NCBI GenBank assembly: GCA_049968295.1
Contig: JBMFRD010000002.1
Coordinates: 1-24,840 of the forward strand
Source: Minisyncoccia bacterium
GTDB lineage: Bacteria > Patescibacteriota > Minisyncoccia > UBA6257 > 2-01-FULL-56-20
Direction of reading: 5' to 3'
Length of the DNA: 24,840 bases
Shown here piece after piece: positions 16,415 through 24,840 of this stretch (position 1 is the first letter of the stretch; each line of letters opens with the position of its first letter). The notes beneath the pieces are model-generated. The model did not search any database and was not told the origin of the DNA. It saw only the letters and a list, made by a program, of their open reading frames with translations. A program made the translations under genes and the position numbers.

Positions 16415-16780
16415 ATGAAATACGATTATAAAACATATGCCAAAGCTTTAGTATTAGCTTTAAACCAAAAAGTTCCAAAAGAAAAAATTATTTTAAATTT
16501 TTTAAATTTGCTTAAAAAAAATAACGACTGGCATCAATTGGAAAAAATTATTGATTTAGCTGAAAAATTAATTTATGAAAAAGAAAACAAGAAAAAAATT
16601 ATAATTGAAACTGCCAGACCTCAACAAAATTTAGTTAATCAGTTAAAAAAATTTTTTCCGCAAGATGAATTAGTGGAAAAAATTAATCCAAATTTAATTG
16701 CTGGTTTAAAAATTTTAATTAATAATGAATTGCAATTAGATTTTTCATTAAAAAATAGGTTAGAAAAAATATTAAAATAA
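16415..16780 (+). CDS. atpH: F1 ATP synthase delta subunit (short, 121 aa)
   Basis: YAKAL N-terminus, [11 protein letters not shown]...LDFS C-terminus; operon position. Confidence 0.88.
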   Translation: MKYDYKTYAKALVLALNQKVPKEKIILNFLNLLKKNNDWHQLEKIIDLAEKLIYEKENKKKIIIETARPQQNLVNQLKKFFPQDELVEKINPNLIAGLKILINNELQLDFSLKNRLEKILK

Positions 16781-16784
16781 TAAA

Positions 16785-18323
16785 ATGTCATTTGATATTA
16801 TTGAAAAATTAAAAAACGAAATTGCTGGGTTTCGGGATGATTCAAAATGGGAAGAGGTTGGTGAAGTAATTGAAGTTGGTGACGGAATTTGTAAAATTTT
16901 AGGATTAAAAAATGCGGCTAGTCAGGAAATTTTGGAAATTGAAACCAGCCAAGGCAAAAGGCGGGCCCTATCTTTAAATTTAGAGGAAGATTCTATTGGC
17001 GCTTTAGTTATTGATGATTATCATAGTGTAAAAGTGGGAGATAAGGTAAAAACTACTGGTGAAATTATTTCAATTCAGGTTGGCGAAGAATTGCTTGGTC
17101 GGGTAATTGATCCGCTTGGAAACCCTTTAGATGGATTGGGAGATATTTTTTCAAAAAATTCAAAGCCCGAAAAATATTTTTTAGAAAATAAAGCGCCGTC
17201 AGTTTTAGAAAGAGAATCAGTAAATACGCCACTACATACTGGAATTAAAGCTATTGATGCGATGATTCCAATTGGTCGCGGTCAAAGAGAATTAATTATT
17301 GGTGATCGTCAAACCGGGAAAACAGCAATTGCTTTAGATGCAATTATTAATCAACAATTTGATGCTTCCACCCGAAAACCAGTTAAATGTATTTATGTGG
17401 CTATTGGTCAAAAAGAATCAAAAATAGCTAAAATCATTCAAACCCTAAAAGAGCACAATGCTTTAAGCTATACTATTGTTGTTTCAGCTTCATCTTCATC
17501 ACCTGCGGCTTTAATTTATTTGGCTCCATTTAGCGGCTGCGCTATTGGCGAATATTTCAGAGATAAAGGCGAAGATGTTTTAATTGTTTACGATGATTTA
17601 TCAAAGCATGCTGTGGCTTATCGTGAAATTTCTTTGCTATTGCGTCGTCCGCCGGGTAGAGAAGCTTATCCCGGAGATGTTTTTTATTTACATTCTCGTT
17701 TGTTAGAAAGAGCGGCAAAGTTATCTAAAGAAAAAGGTGGTGGGTCTTTAACTGCTTTGCCAATTATTGAAACGCAATTAGGAGATGTTACGGCTTATAT
17801 TCCAACTAATGTTATTTCAATTACTGATGGCCAAATTTATTTAGAATCAGATTTATTTTATCAAGGCATTCGGCCAGCAGTTAATGTTGGTCTTTCAGTT
17901 TCGCGGGTGGGCGGAGCAGCCCAAACCAAGGCTATTAAAAAAATTGTTGGCGGATTAAGATATAACCTTGCCCAATTTAGAGAGCTACAAGCTTTTGTGC
18001 AGTTTGCTTCAGATGTTGATGAGGTTACTCGCCAAAAAATAGAACGTGGACAAAAAATAGTTGAAATTTTAAAACAAGATGATTTATCTCCAATTTCATT
18101 TGAAAAACAAGCAATAGTATTTTATGCGGCCTTAAATAATTTTTTTGAAAAAATTCCAACAAACAAAATTAAAGAAACCGAGTTAAAACTTTTAGATTAT
18201 ATAATTAATTTTCATTCAGATATTTTAGAAGAAATTAAAAAATTAAATGAATTAAGTCCGGAAAATGAAGAAAAATTAAAATCCGCGCTAAATCATTTTT
18301 TTGCCGAAAATAATTTTAAATAA
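16785..18323 (+). CDS. atpA: F1 ATP synthase alpha subunit
   Basis: [43 protein letters not shown]. Confidence 0.98.
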   Translation: MSFDIIEKLKNEIAGFRDDSKWEEVGEVIEVGDGICKILGLKNAASQEILEIETSQGKRRALSLNLEEDSIGALVIDDYHSVKVGDKVKTTGEIISIQVGEELLGRVIDPLGNPLDGLGDIFSKNSKPEKYFLENKAPSVLERESVNTPLHTGIKAIDAMIPIGRGQRELIIGDRQTGKTAIALDAIINQQFDASTRKPVKCIYVAIGQKESKIAKIIQTLKEHNALSYTIVVSASSSSPAALIYLAPFSGCAIGEYFRDKGEDVLIVYDDLSKHAVAYREISLLLRRPPGREAYPGDVFYLHSRLLERAAKLSKEKGGGSLTALPIIETQLGDVTAYIPTNVISITDGQIYLESDLFYQGIRPAVNVGLSVSRVGGAAQTKAIKKIVGGLRYNLAQFRELQAFVQFASDVDEVTRQKIERGQKIVEILKQDDLSPISFEKQAIVFYAALNNFFEKIPTNKIKETELKLLDYIINFHSDILEEIKKLNELSPENEEKLKSALNHFFAENNFK

Positions 18324-18325
18324 TT

Positions 18326-19255
18326 ATGGAATCAATTCAAATTATAAAACAAAGAATTAAAACCGTTAAAAACATTGGCCAAATTACAAAAGCCATGGAG
18401 CTGGTGGCTGCAACTAAAATGCGCAAAGCTCAAGAAATAGCTTTAGCTTCAAGGCCTTATGGATTTTTAGCTTTAGATTTACTAGCTAGTCTTTCTGAAA
18501 TTAAAGATATTAAATTACCGCCATTATTTTTAAAAAGAAAAGTTAAAAATACAGCCGTAGTAGTGGTAACTTCGGACAAAGGATTAGCTGGCGCGTTTAA
18601 TAATTTGGTTTTAAAAAAATTTGATCAATTTATTAATAAATTTGGAAAAGAAAATAAAACTTTTATTGCCGTTGGTCAAAAAGCAGCAAATTATCTTTTA
18701 AAATTTAATTTAAAACAAAAATTTATTTGTTTTGGAGATTATGTTTTGGTTTCGCAAATTAAACCTTTGGCTGACTTTTTAGTTAATGGCTTTTTAAATT
18801 CTGAATGGGACGAGGTTATTGTTTTTTCAACCCATTTTAAAAGCGCTTTAAAACAAGAAGTTTTATCCAGAAAAATTTTGCCTATTGAATTTGAAGCTAT
18901 AAAAAAATCTTTAGAAGAAATTATTCCAGAACAAGGAAAATTTTCTGAATTTAGAAATAAAAAACCAGTTTCAATTTTTAATCAACGTAAAGTTTCAGAA
19001 TATTTAATTGAACCCTCAGCTAATATTCTTTTAGATAAACTTTCGCGACATTTATTTTTAATGGAAGTTTATCAGTTAATTTTAGAAGCTAATGCTTCGG
19101 AGCATTCAGCGCGAAGATTTGCAATGAAAAATGCTTCAGATAATGCTCAGAATCTTTCCAATAATTTATTGCTTTTATATAATAAAGCCCGCCAAGCAGT
19201 TATTACTAAAGAAATTGTTGAAATTACTTCCGGAGCGGAAAGTATTAAAAATTAA
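18326..19255 (+). CDS. atpG: F1 ATP synthase gamma subunit
   Basis: ITKAMELVAATK, SDKGLAGAFN, SEHSARRFAM, RQAVITKEIVEI. Confidence 0.97.
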   Translation: MESIQIIKQRIKTVKNIGQITKAMELVAATKMRKAQEIALASRPYGFLALDLLASLSEIKDIKLPPLFLKRKVKNTAVVVVTSDKGLAGAFNNLVLKKFDQFINKFGKENKTFIAVGQKAANYLLKFNLKQKFICFGDYVLVSQIKPLADFLVNGFLNSEWDEVIVFSTHFKSALKQEVLSRKILPIEFEAIKKSLEEIIPEQGKFSEFRNKKPVSIFNQRKVSEYLIEPSANILLDKLSRHLFLMEVYQLILEANASEHSARRFAMKNASDNAQNLSNNLLLLYNKARQAVITKEIVEITSGAESIKN

Positions 19256-20661
<1,406 letters not shown>

Positions 20662-20662
<1 letters not shown>

Positions 20663-20910
20663 TGCAAGTTTCAATTTATTCTTTAAAAAAAATTTTATAT
20701 GATGATGAAGCTAAGTTAATTAATTTGAAAACTTCTTTAGGCGAAATTACTATTTTAGATAATCATCGGCCTTTAATTTCTGATATTTTGCCATGTGTTT
20801 TAAAGATCGTAGATAAAAATAATCAAGAGCATTTTTTTGAAATTGGTCATGGTTTTTTAGAAGTTAATTCTTTAAATCAAGTAAAAATTTTAATTGAAGA
20901 AAAAAACTAA
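20662..20910 (+). CDS. atpC: F1 ATP synthase epsilon subunit, N-terminal beta domain only
   Basis: GEITILDNHRPLIS and GFLEV motifs; 82 aa; ATG overlaps the atpD stop. Confidence 0.88.
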
Positions 20911-20951
20911 AATATTGATTTTAAATATAAAAATTTATAATATTTAAATAC

Positions 20952-21023
20952 GTCCCCATAGTTCAATGGATAGAACGACTCCCTTCTAAGGAGTAAATCC
21001 GGGTTCGATTCCTGGTGGGGACG
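20952..21023 (+). tRNA. tRNA-Arg(TCT)
   Basis: Acceptor GTCCCCA/TGGGGAC, anticodon arm ACTCC-ctTCTaa-GGAGT, T loop TTCGATT; no CCA. Confidence 0.96.
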
Positions 21024-21031
21024 CAAAATTT

Positions 21032-22012
21032 TTAAATTAATCCAATTTTAGTTTTAATTTTTTTAAAATTTATATTAGCAATTTTGCCGGCTTTTTTTGC
21101 TCCGCTTTCTAAAATTTTTAAAACTTCTTTTTTATTTTTTAGTAATTTTATTCTTTTTTCCTGAATGGGTTTTAGTTTTGAAATTATTAATTCAGCCAAT
21201 GAATTTTTAAATTCAAAATAACCTTTATTTTTAAATTGCTTTACTATTTTTTCTGGAGAAGCTAAAGCAAATTCAGAATAAATTAAAATTAAATTAGAAA
21301 TACCCGGACGATTTTCTGGATCATAACCAATAGTTGATTCCGAATCAGTTACTGCAGATTTTATTTTTTGTTTAATAATTTCTGGAGAATCCGAAAGATA
21401 AAGACAGCCTTGCGGCAGGGTTTTAGACATTTTTTTATGAGGATTATTTAAACTCATTACCCGCGGAATTTTAGTTAAAATAGCTTTGGGCTCTTTAAAG
21501 GTTTTTCCAAAGCGGGAATTAAAAATTCTGGCAATATCTCTTGATAATTCCAAGTGTTGAAGTTGATCTTCACCAACCGGAACAAAATCAGCATTATAAA
21601 GCAAAATATCTGCCGCCATTAAAACTGGATAATCTAAAAGCCCGACGTTTGGAATTTGGCCTTCTTGAATTTTTTCTTTATACTCAATCATTCCGGAAAG
21701 GCGATTAACTGAAATTAAATTATTAAAAATCCAAGCTAAAGCCGGATGCTCATTTAAATGAGATTGTATAAAAAAAATTGATTTTTGGGGATTAATTCCA
21801 GAAGCTAATAAATCTACAGCCATATTAAAAATTTCTTCTTTTTTTTCTTGAGGATTAAATTTTACAGTTAAAGAATGATAATCAGCAACAAAATAAAAGC
21901 AATTATATTTATTTGAATTTTGAAGTTCAATGGCTTTTTGAATTGCGCCTAAATAATTGCCAATATGCAAAGTTCCACTTGGTTTTAAGCCACTAACAAT
22001 ATTTTTTTTCAT
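21032..22012 (-). CDS. trpS: Tryptophanyl-tRNA synthetase
   Basis: SGLKPSGTLHIGNYLGA, YPVLMAADIL, VPVGEDQLQHLE, KMSKT. Confidence 0.97.
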   Translation of the reverse strand: MKKNIVSGLKPSGTLHIGNYLGAIQKAIELQNSNKYNCFYFVADYHSLTVKFNPQEKKEEIFNMAVDLLASGINPQKSIFFIQSHLNEHPALAWIFNNLISVNRLSGMIEYKEKIQEGQIPNVGLLDYPVLMAADILLYNADFVPVGEDQLQHLELSRDIARIFNSRFGKTFKEPKAILTKIPRVMSLNNPHKKMSKTLPQGCLYLSDSPEIIKQKIKSAVTDSESTIGYDPENRPGISNLILIYSEFALASPEKIVKQFKNKGYFEFKNSLAELIISKLKPIQEKRIKLLKNKKEVLKILESGAKKAGKIANINFKKIKTKIGLI

Positions 22013-22017
22013 AATTT

Positions 22018-23808
22018 TTATACTTCAATAACAACTGGCAAAACTATTGGCCGACGTCTGGTTTTATTATACAAAAATTGGCTAATTTGTTCACGCATTA
22101 AAGTTTTTAAATAATCAGCGCCATAATCTTGGCCAGATAAACGAGCAACTATTCCTCTTATTTTTTTTCTAATTTCTTCTAATAATTCCTGATTTTCTTT
22201 TAAATAAATAAATCCGCGAGAAATAATATCCGGGCTTTTTAGCAAATTGCCAGTTCTCTTATCAATAGTTGCAATTAAAACCAGCATTCCTTCTTTGGCT
22301 AAATTTAAGCGATCGCGCAAAACCACTTCTTCAACATCGCCAATTCCTAATCCATCAACCATTACATAAAAAGCTGGAACAGTTTGATTAGTGATTATAA
22401 ATTTATCTTTATAAAGTTCAGCTACTTGTCCATTATCCATTAAAAATATATTTTCTTTTGGTATACCGGTTTCATAAGCGTTTAAAGCGTTTGCGGCACG
22501 CATAAAATAATAACCATGAATTGGCACAACAAATTTAGGTTTAATTAAACTCATTATTATTTTTTGATCTTCTTTAGGCGCATGACCCGAAGAATGAATA
22601 TCTACTAAATCTGAATGATAAACAATTGCTCCTTGTCGGGCCAAATTATCTTTTACATATTGAACGCTTCTTTCGTTTCCAGGAATAATTGAAGACGACA
22701 AAACTACTGTATCTCCGGGTTTAATTTTAAGCAAGCGATGCTCGCCATTAATAATTTTCATTAAACTAGCGTTTGATTCGCCTTGAGCTCCGGTTGAAAG
22801 GATTAAAATTTTATTGTCTTTATATTTGTTAATTTCTTCTAAAGGAATAATTGTTCCAGAGCGAGTTTTAATATAGCCTAAATTTTGAGCAATACTTACA
22901 TTGGCTTTCATTGAGTATCCGGAAAAAGCAACTTTTCGGCCAAGACGCTCAGCAATATTTATAATTTGAGCAATACGATCTAAAAGCGAAGAAAAAGTAG
23001 CAACAATAATTCTGCCATCTGCTTTTTTAAATAACTCTTCTAAATTTTTAGCAACAATTTTTTCAGAAAGAGTATAACCTTCTTTTTCAGCGTTAGTGGA
23101 ATCAACCATTAAAGTATGTATCCCCATTTGGCCAACTTTTTTAAATTCATCTAATCCTTGAGGTTGTCCTTTTTCATCATAATCAATTCTAAAGTCTGAA
23201 AAATGAACAATATTGCCAATAGGTGTATGAAGCACAATGCCGGTTGATTCCGGAACAGTGTGTGGAACTCCAAAAAAAGTAGCTTCAAAATATTCAGAAA
23301 TTCTAATATGTTGGCCGTTTTTAATTTCAACAATATTTAATTTAGGACTATTTGGAAAATCTTCCTGCCTTTTTAAAACAATGGCTTTGGTTAGAGGAGT
23401 GGCATAAATTGGTGGATTGCCTAAATCTTCAATAATATAAGGGATAGCGCCAATATGATCATAATGGGCGTGTGTTAAAATTAAAGCAACTATATTTTCT
23501 CTTTTTTCTCTTAAATAAGTAATGTTAGGAATAATATAATCTATGCCCGGAGTTTCTTCTTCTGGAAATTGAATTCCGGCATCAATTACAACAATTTCAT
23601 TTTTGTATTCAAAAAAAGAACAATTTCTTCCAATTTCTTCTAATCCGCCCAAGGGAACAAATTTTACCGGCAATTCATTTTTTTCTAATATTTTTTTGGT
23701 TTTTTTTATTTGCAATAGCGCGGATTGATTTATTGTATTTGTAAGACGGCTTTTAAAAACCTGTTTTTTTAACGGTTTATTTAAAGTACTTGTTTTTTGT
23801 AAAGACAT
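22018..23808 (-). CDS. rnj: Ribonuclease J
   Basis: PLGGLEEIGRN, THAHYDHIGA, STGAQGE, HSSGHA, PIHG, RRPIVLPVVIEV; basic N-terminal extension makes the start uncertain. Confidence 0.96.
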   Translation of the reverse strand: MSLQKTSTLNKPLKKQVFKSRLTNTINQSALLQIKKTKKILEKNELPVKFVPLGGLEEIGRNCSFFEYKNEIVVIDAGIQFPEEETPGIDYIIPNITYLREKRENIVALILTHAHYDHIGAIPYIIEDLGNPPIYATPLTKAIVLKRQEDFPNSPKLNIVEIKNGQHIRISEYFEATFFGVPHTVPESTGIVLHTPIGNIVHFSDFRIDYDEKGQPQGLDEFKKVGQMGIHTLMVDSTNAEKEGYTLSEKIVAKNLEELFKKADGRIIVATFSSLLDRIAQIINIAERLGRKVAFSGYSMKANVSIAQNLGYIKTRSGTIIPLEEINKYKDNKILILSTGAQGESNASLMKIINGEHRLLKIKPGDTVVLSSSIIPGNERSVQYVKDNLARQGAIVYHSDLVDIHSSGHAPKEDQKIIMSLIKPKFVVPIHGYYFMRAANALNAYETGIPKENIFLMDNGQVAELYKDKFIITNQTVPAFYVMVDGLGIGDVEEVVLRDRLNLAKEGMLVLIATIDKRTGNLLKSPDIISRGFIYLKENQELLEEIRKKIRGIVARLSGQDYGADYLKTLMREQISQFLYNKTRRRPIVLPVVIEV

Positions 23809-23857
23809 ATTTATATGTAAAAATTTAAAAGATCGATTTTATTTTTTTTATTTTCAC

Positions 23858-24079
23858 TTTCTTGTTTTGTGCCCAGGGGGAGATTTGAACGTCGGCTTTC
23901 AGCCTCTTAAGAAACCTCTCGGTTTCTTACGTCGCTCATTTCATTCGCTCCTATTTTCCTCTATGGGGGAACTACCGTTTCCCCGACCCCTTTCCCAGTT
24001 CAATTTGCTTTTTTTAATGTTTGATCTTAAATTTTTCCCATTTTATTTTCTTGTTTTGTGCCCGGGGGGAGATTTGAAC
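23858..24079 (-). mobile_element. 33-bp direct repeat of the tRNA-Leu 3' end plus trailer, flanking a 156-bp structured insert (att-like scar or MITE-like element)
   Basis: TTTCTTGTTTTGTGCCC(A/G)GGGGGAGATTTGAAC at 23858-23890 and 24047-24079, 32/33 identical; insert 23891-24046 contains several hairpins. Confidence 0.7.
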
Positions 24080-24142
24080 TCCCATAGCCTTGCGGCTACA
24101 ACGTCCTGAACGTTGCGCGTCTGCCAATTCCGCCACCCGGGC
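24059..24142 (-). tRNA. tRNA-Leu(CAG)
   Basis: Acceptor GCCCGGG/CCCGGGC, anticodon arm CAACG-ttCAGga-CGTTG, long variable arm TAGCC-GCAA-GGCTA, T arm GGGAG-TTCAAAT-CTCCC; no CCA. Confidence 0.96.
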
Positions 24143-24220
24143 ACAAATTTACTTTTAAAAATCAAAAAATTAATGTCAAAAAATAAAACTAACCATCAAG
24201 ATTTTTTAAATTTAAATTAA

Positions 24221-24249
24221 ATACTATCACAATTTTATTTAAAAAGCAA
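24221..24249 (-). promoter_or_regulatory. Putative sigma70 promoter for tRNA-Leu
   Basis: Minus strand TTGCTT, 17-bp spacer, extended -10 TGaTAGTAT. Confidence 0.5.
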
Positions 24250-24282
24250 ATAAATTTTTTTGTAAATAATTTTTATATTTTG

Positions 24283-24355
24283 TCCGCCCACCAGGAATCG
24301 AACCTGGAACCTCCTGCTTAAAAGGCAGTTGCTCTACCAATTGAGCTATGGGCGG
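24283..24355 (-). tRNA. tRNA-Lys(TTT)
   Basis: Acceptor CCGCCCA/TGGGCGG, D arm GCTC/GAGC, anticodon loop ctTTTaa (A27-G43 mismatch), T arm CCAGG-TTCGATT-CCTGG; no CCA. Confidence 0.93.
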
Positions 24356-24364
24356 AATACTATT

Positions 24365-24392
24365 ATATTATTGAATTTTAAAAATTTATCAA
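24365..24392 (-). promoter_or_regulatory. Putative sigma70 promoter for tRNA-Lys
   Basis: Minus strand TTGATA, 16-bp spacer, TAATAT, with an overlapping TATAAT; AT-rich context weakens the call. Confidence 0.4.
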
Positions 24393-24438
24393 GCCCAAGA
24401 TAATTATATTTAAAATGCAAAAAGAAAAACAATAAAAC

Positions 24439-24473
24439 AGAATCTAGAAAATAGAATCTAGAATTTAGAATTT
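24439..24473. repeat. Tandem heptamer array (AGAATCT-type x5)
   Basis: AGAATCT AGAAAAT AGAATCT AGAATTT AGAATTT. Confidence 0.8.
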
Positions 24474-24528
24474 TACGATATCTTTATTTTTTATTTAATA
24501 AAGTTATTTAAAATTTTCATCATTATCT

Positions 24529-24563
24529 TTTGCCTTTTGCACTTTGCGTTTTTCGTTTTTAAT
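24529..24563. repeat. Tandem heptamer array (TTTGCNT-type x5)
   Basis: TTTGCCT TTTGCAC TTTGCGT TTTTCGT TTTTAAT. Confidence 0.7.
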
Positions 24564-24572
24564 ACGCCATTA

Positions 24573-24739
24573 TCAAATCGCCACAGTTTATCTCGACTCT
24601 TCGGGGACCAGCTAACTTTGGTCTCGCAATGACGGAAAAAGAATTGTCATTGCGACCCCGAAACATCGGGCAAAGCAATCTTGCTACCTCATCCGTCATT
24701 GCGAGAAGTGAGTGTAAACGAACGGCGAAGCAATTTTAC
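24573..24739. repeat. Second cluster of the same REP-like family: one direct unit (about 24573-24633) and two inverted units (24646-24684, 24695-24739)
   Basis: TCGCAATGAC at 24624-24633; GTCATTGCGA at 24646-24655 and 24695-24704; inverted units end in GCAATCTTGC and GCAATTTTAC. Confidence 0.9.
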
Positions 24740-24753
24740 ATTCGCTTTGTTCA

Positions 24754-24797
24754 AATTCAAAATGTAAAAAATGCAAAACTAAAAATGCAAAATGCAA
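24754..24797. repeat. Tandem heptamer array (AATGCAA-type, about 6 units)
   Basis: AATTCAA AATGTAA aa AATGCAA AACTAAA AATGCAA AATGCAA. Confidence 0.75.
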
Positions 24798-24840
24798 AAG
24801 AAATATTTTGAATTTTTAATTTAAATATAGATTCTAGATT

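Noticed and set aside
23151-23333. Minus-strand 60-aa ORF
   Set aside because: Alternative frame inside rnj.
23867-24109. 80-aa ORF with repeated CPGGDLN
   Set aside because: Antisense to tRNA-Leu; the peptide repeat is just the DNA duplication translated.
24159-24186. Further heptamer array upstream of tRNA-Leu
   Set aside because: Too degenerate to distinguish from A-rich background.
24629-24811. 60-aa ORF
   Set aside because: It consists entirely of REP-like units and heptamer repeats; most likely a non-coding translation artefact.

Overview
Very AT-rich, compact bacterial chromosome segment using genetic code 11. The gene inventory (VirB2-like CPR pilin, minor type IV pilins, orphan solute-binding proteins, secG next to a peptide-binding protein, stand-alone 5'-3' exonuclease, short HolA, truncated ATP synthase epsilon, no Shine-Dalgarno motifs) suggests a Patescibacteria/CPR (Parcubacteria-like) genome; this assignment is inference. 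Layout: a GC-rich palindromic repeat mosaic (28-529); a + strand run (His-free MBL-fold protein, membrane protein, gyrA, sugar-type SBP, pilin, deviant iPGM, holin-like protein, secG, peptide SBP, two minor pilins, tRNA-Asp); a - strand run (lamin-tail protein, tsaE, 5'-3' exonuclease, PAS histidine kinase, holA); the complete atpBEFHAGDC operon plus tRNA-Arg; trpS and RNase J on the - strand; tRNA-Leu and tRNA-Lys; and a second cluster of the same repeat family nested in heptamer arrays. The protein genes are mostly housekeeping. The most unusual signals are (1) a modular REP/BIME-like repeat system with conserved ends and linkers, exchangeable internal hairpins and a perfect 40-bp palindrome, (2) a 156-bp multi-hairpin insert between tRNA-Leu and a duplicate of its 3' end, and (3) an iPGM homolog with the catalytic Ser62 replaced by Cys and several substrate ligands lost. 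No transposase, integrase or cas gene is present in the window.
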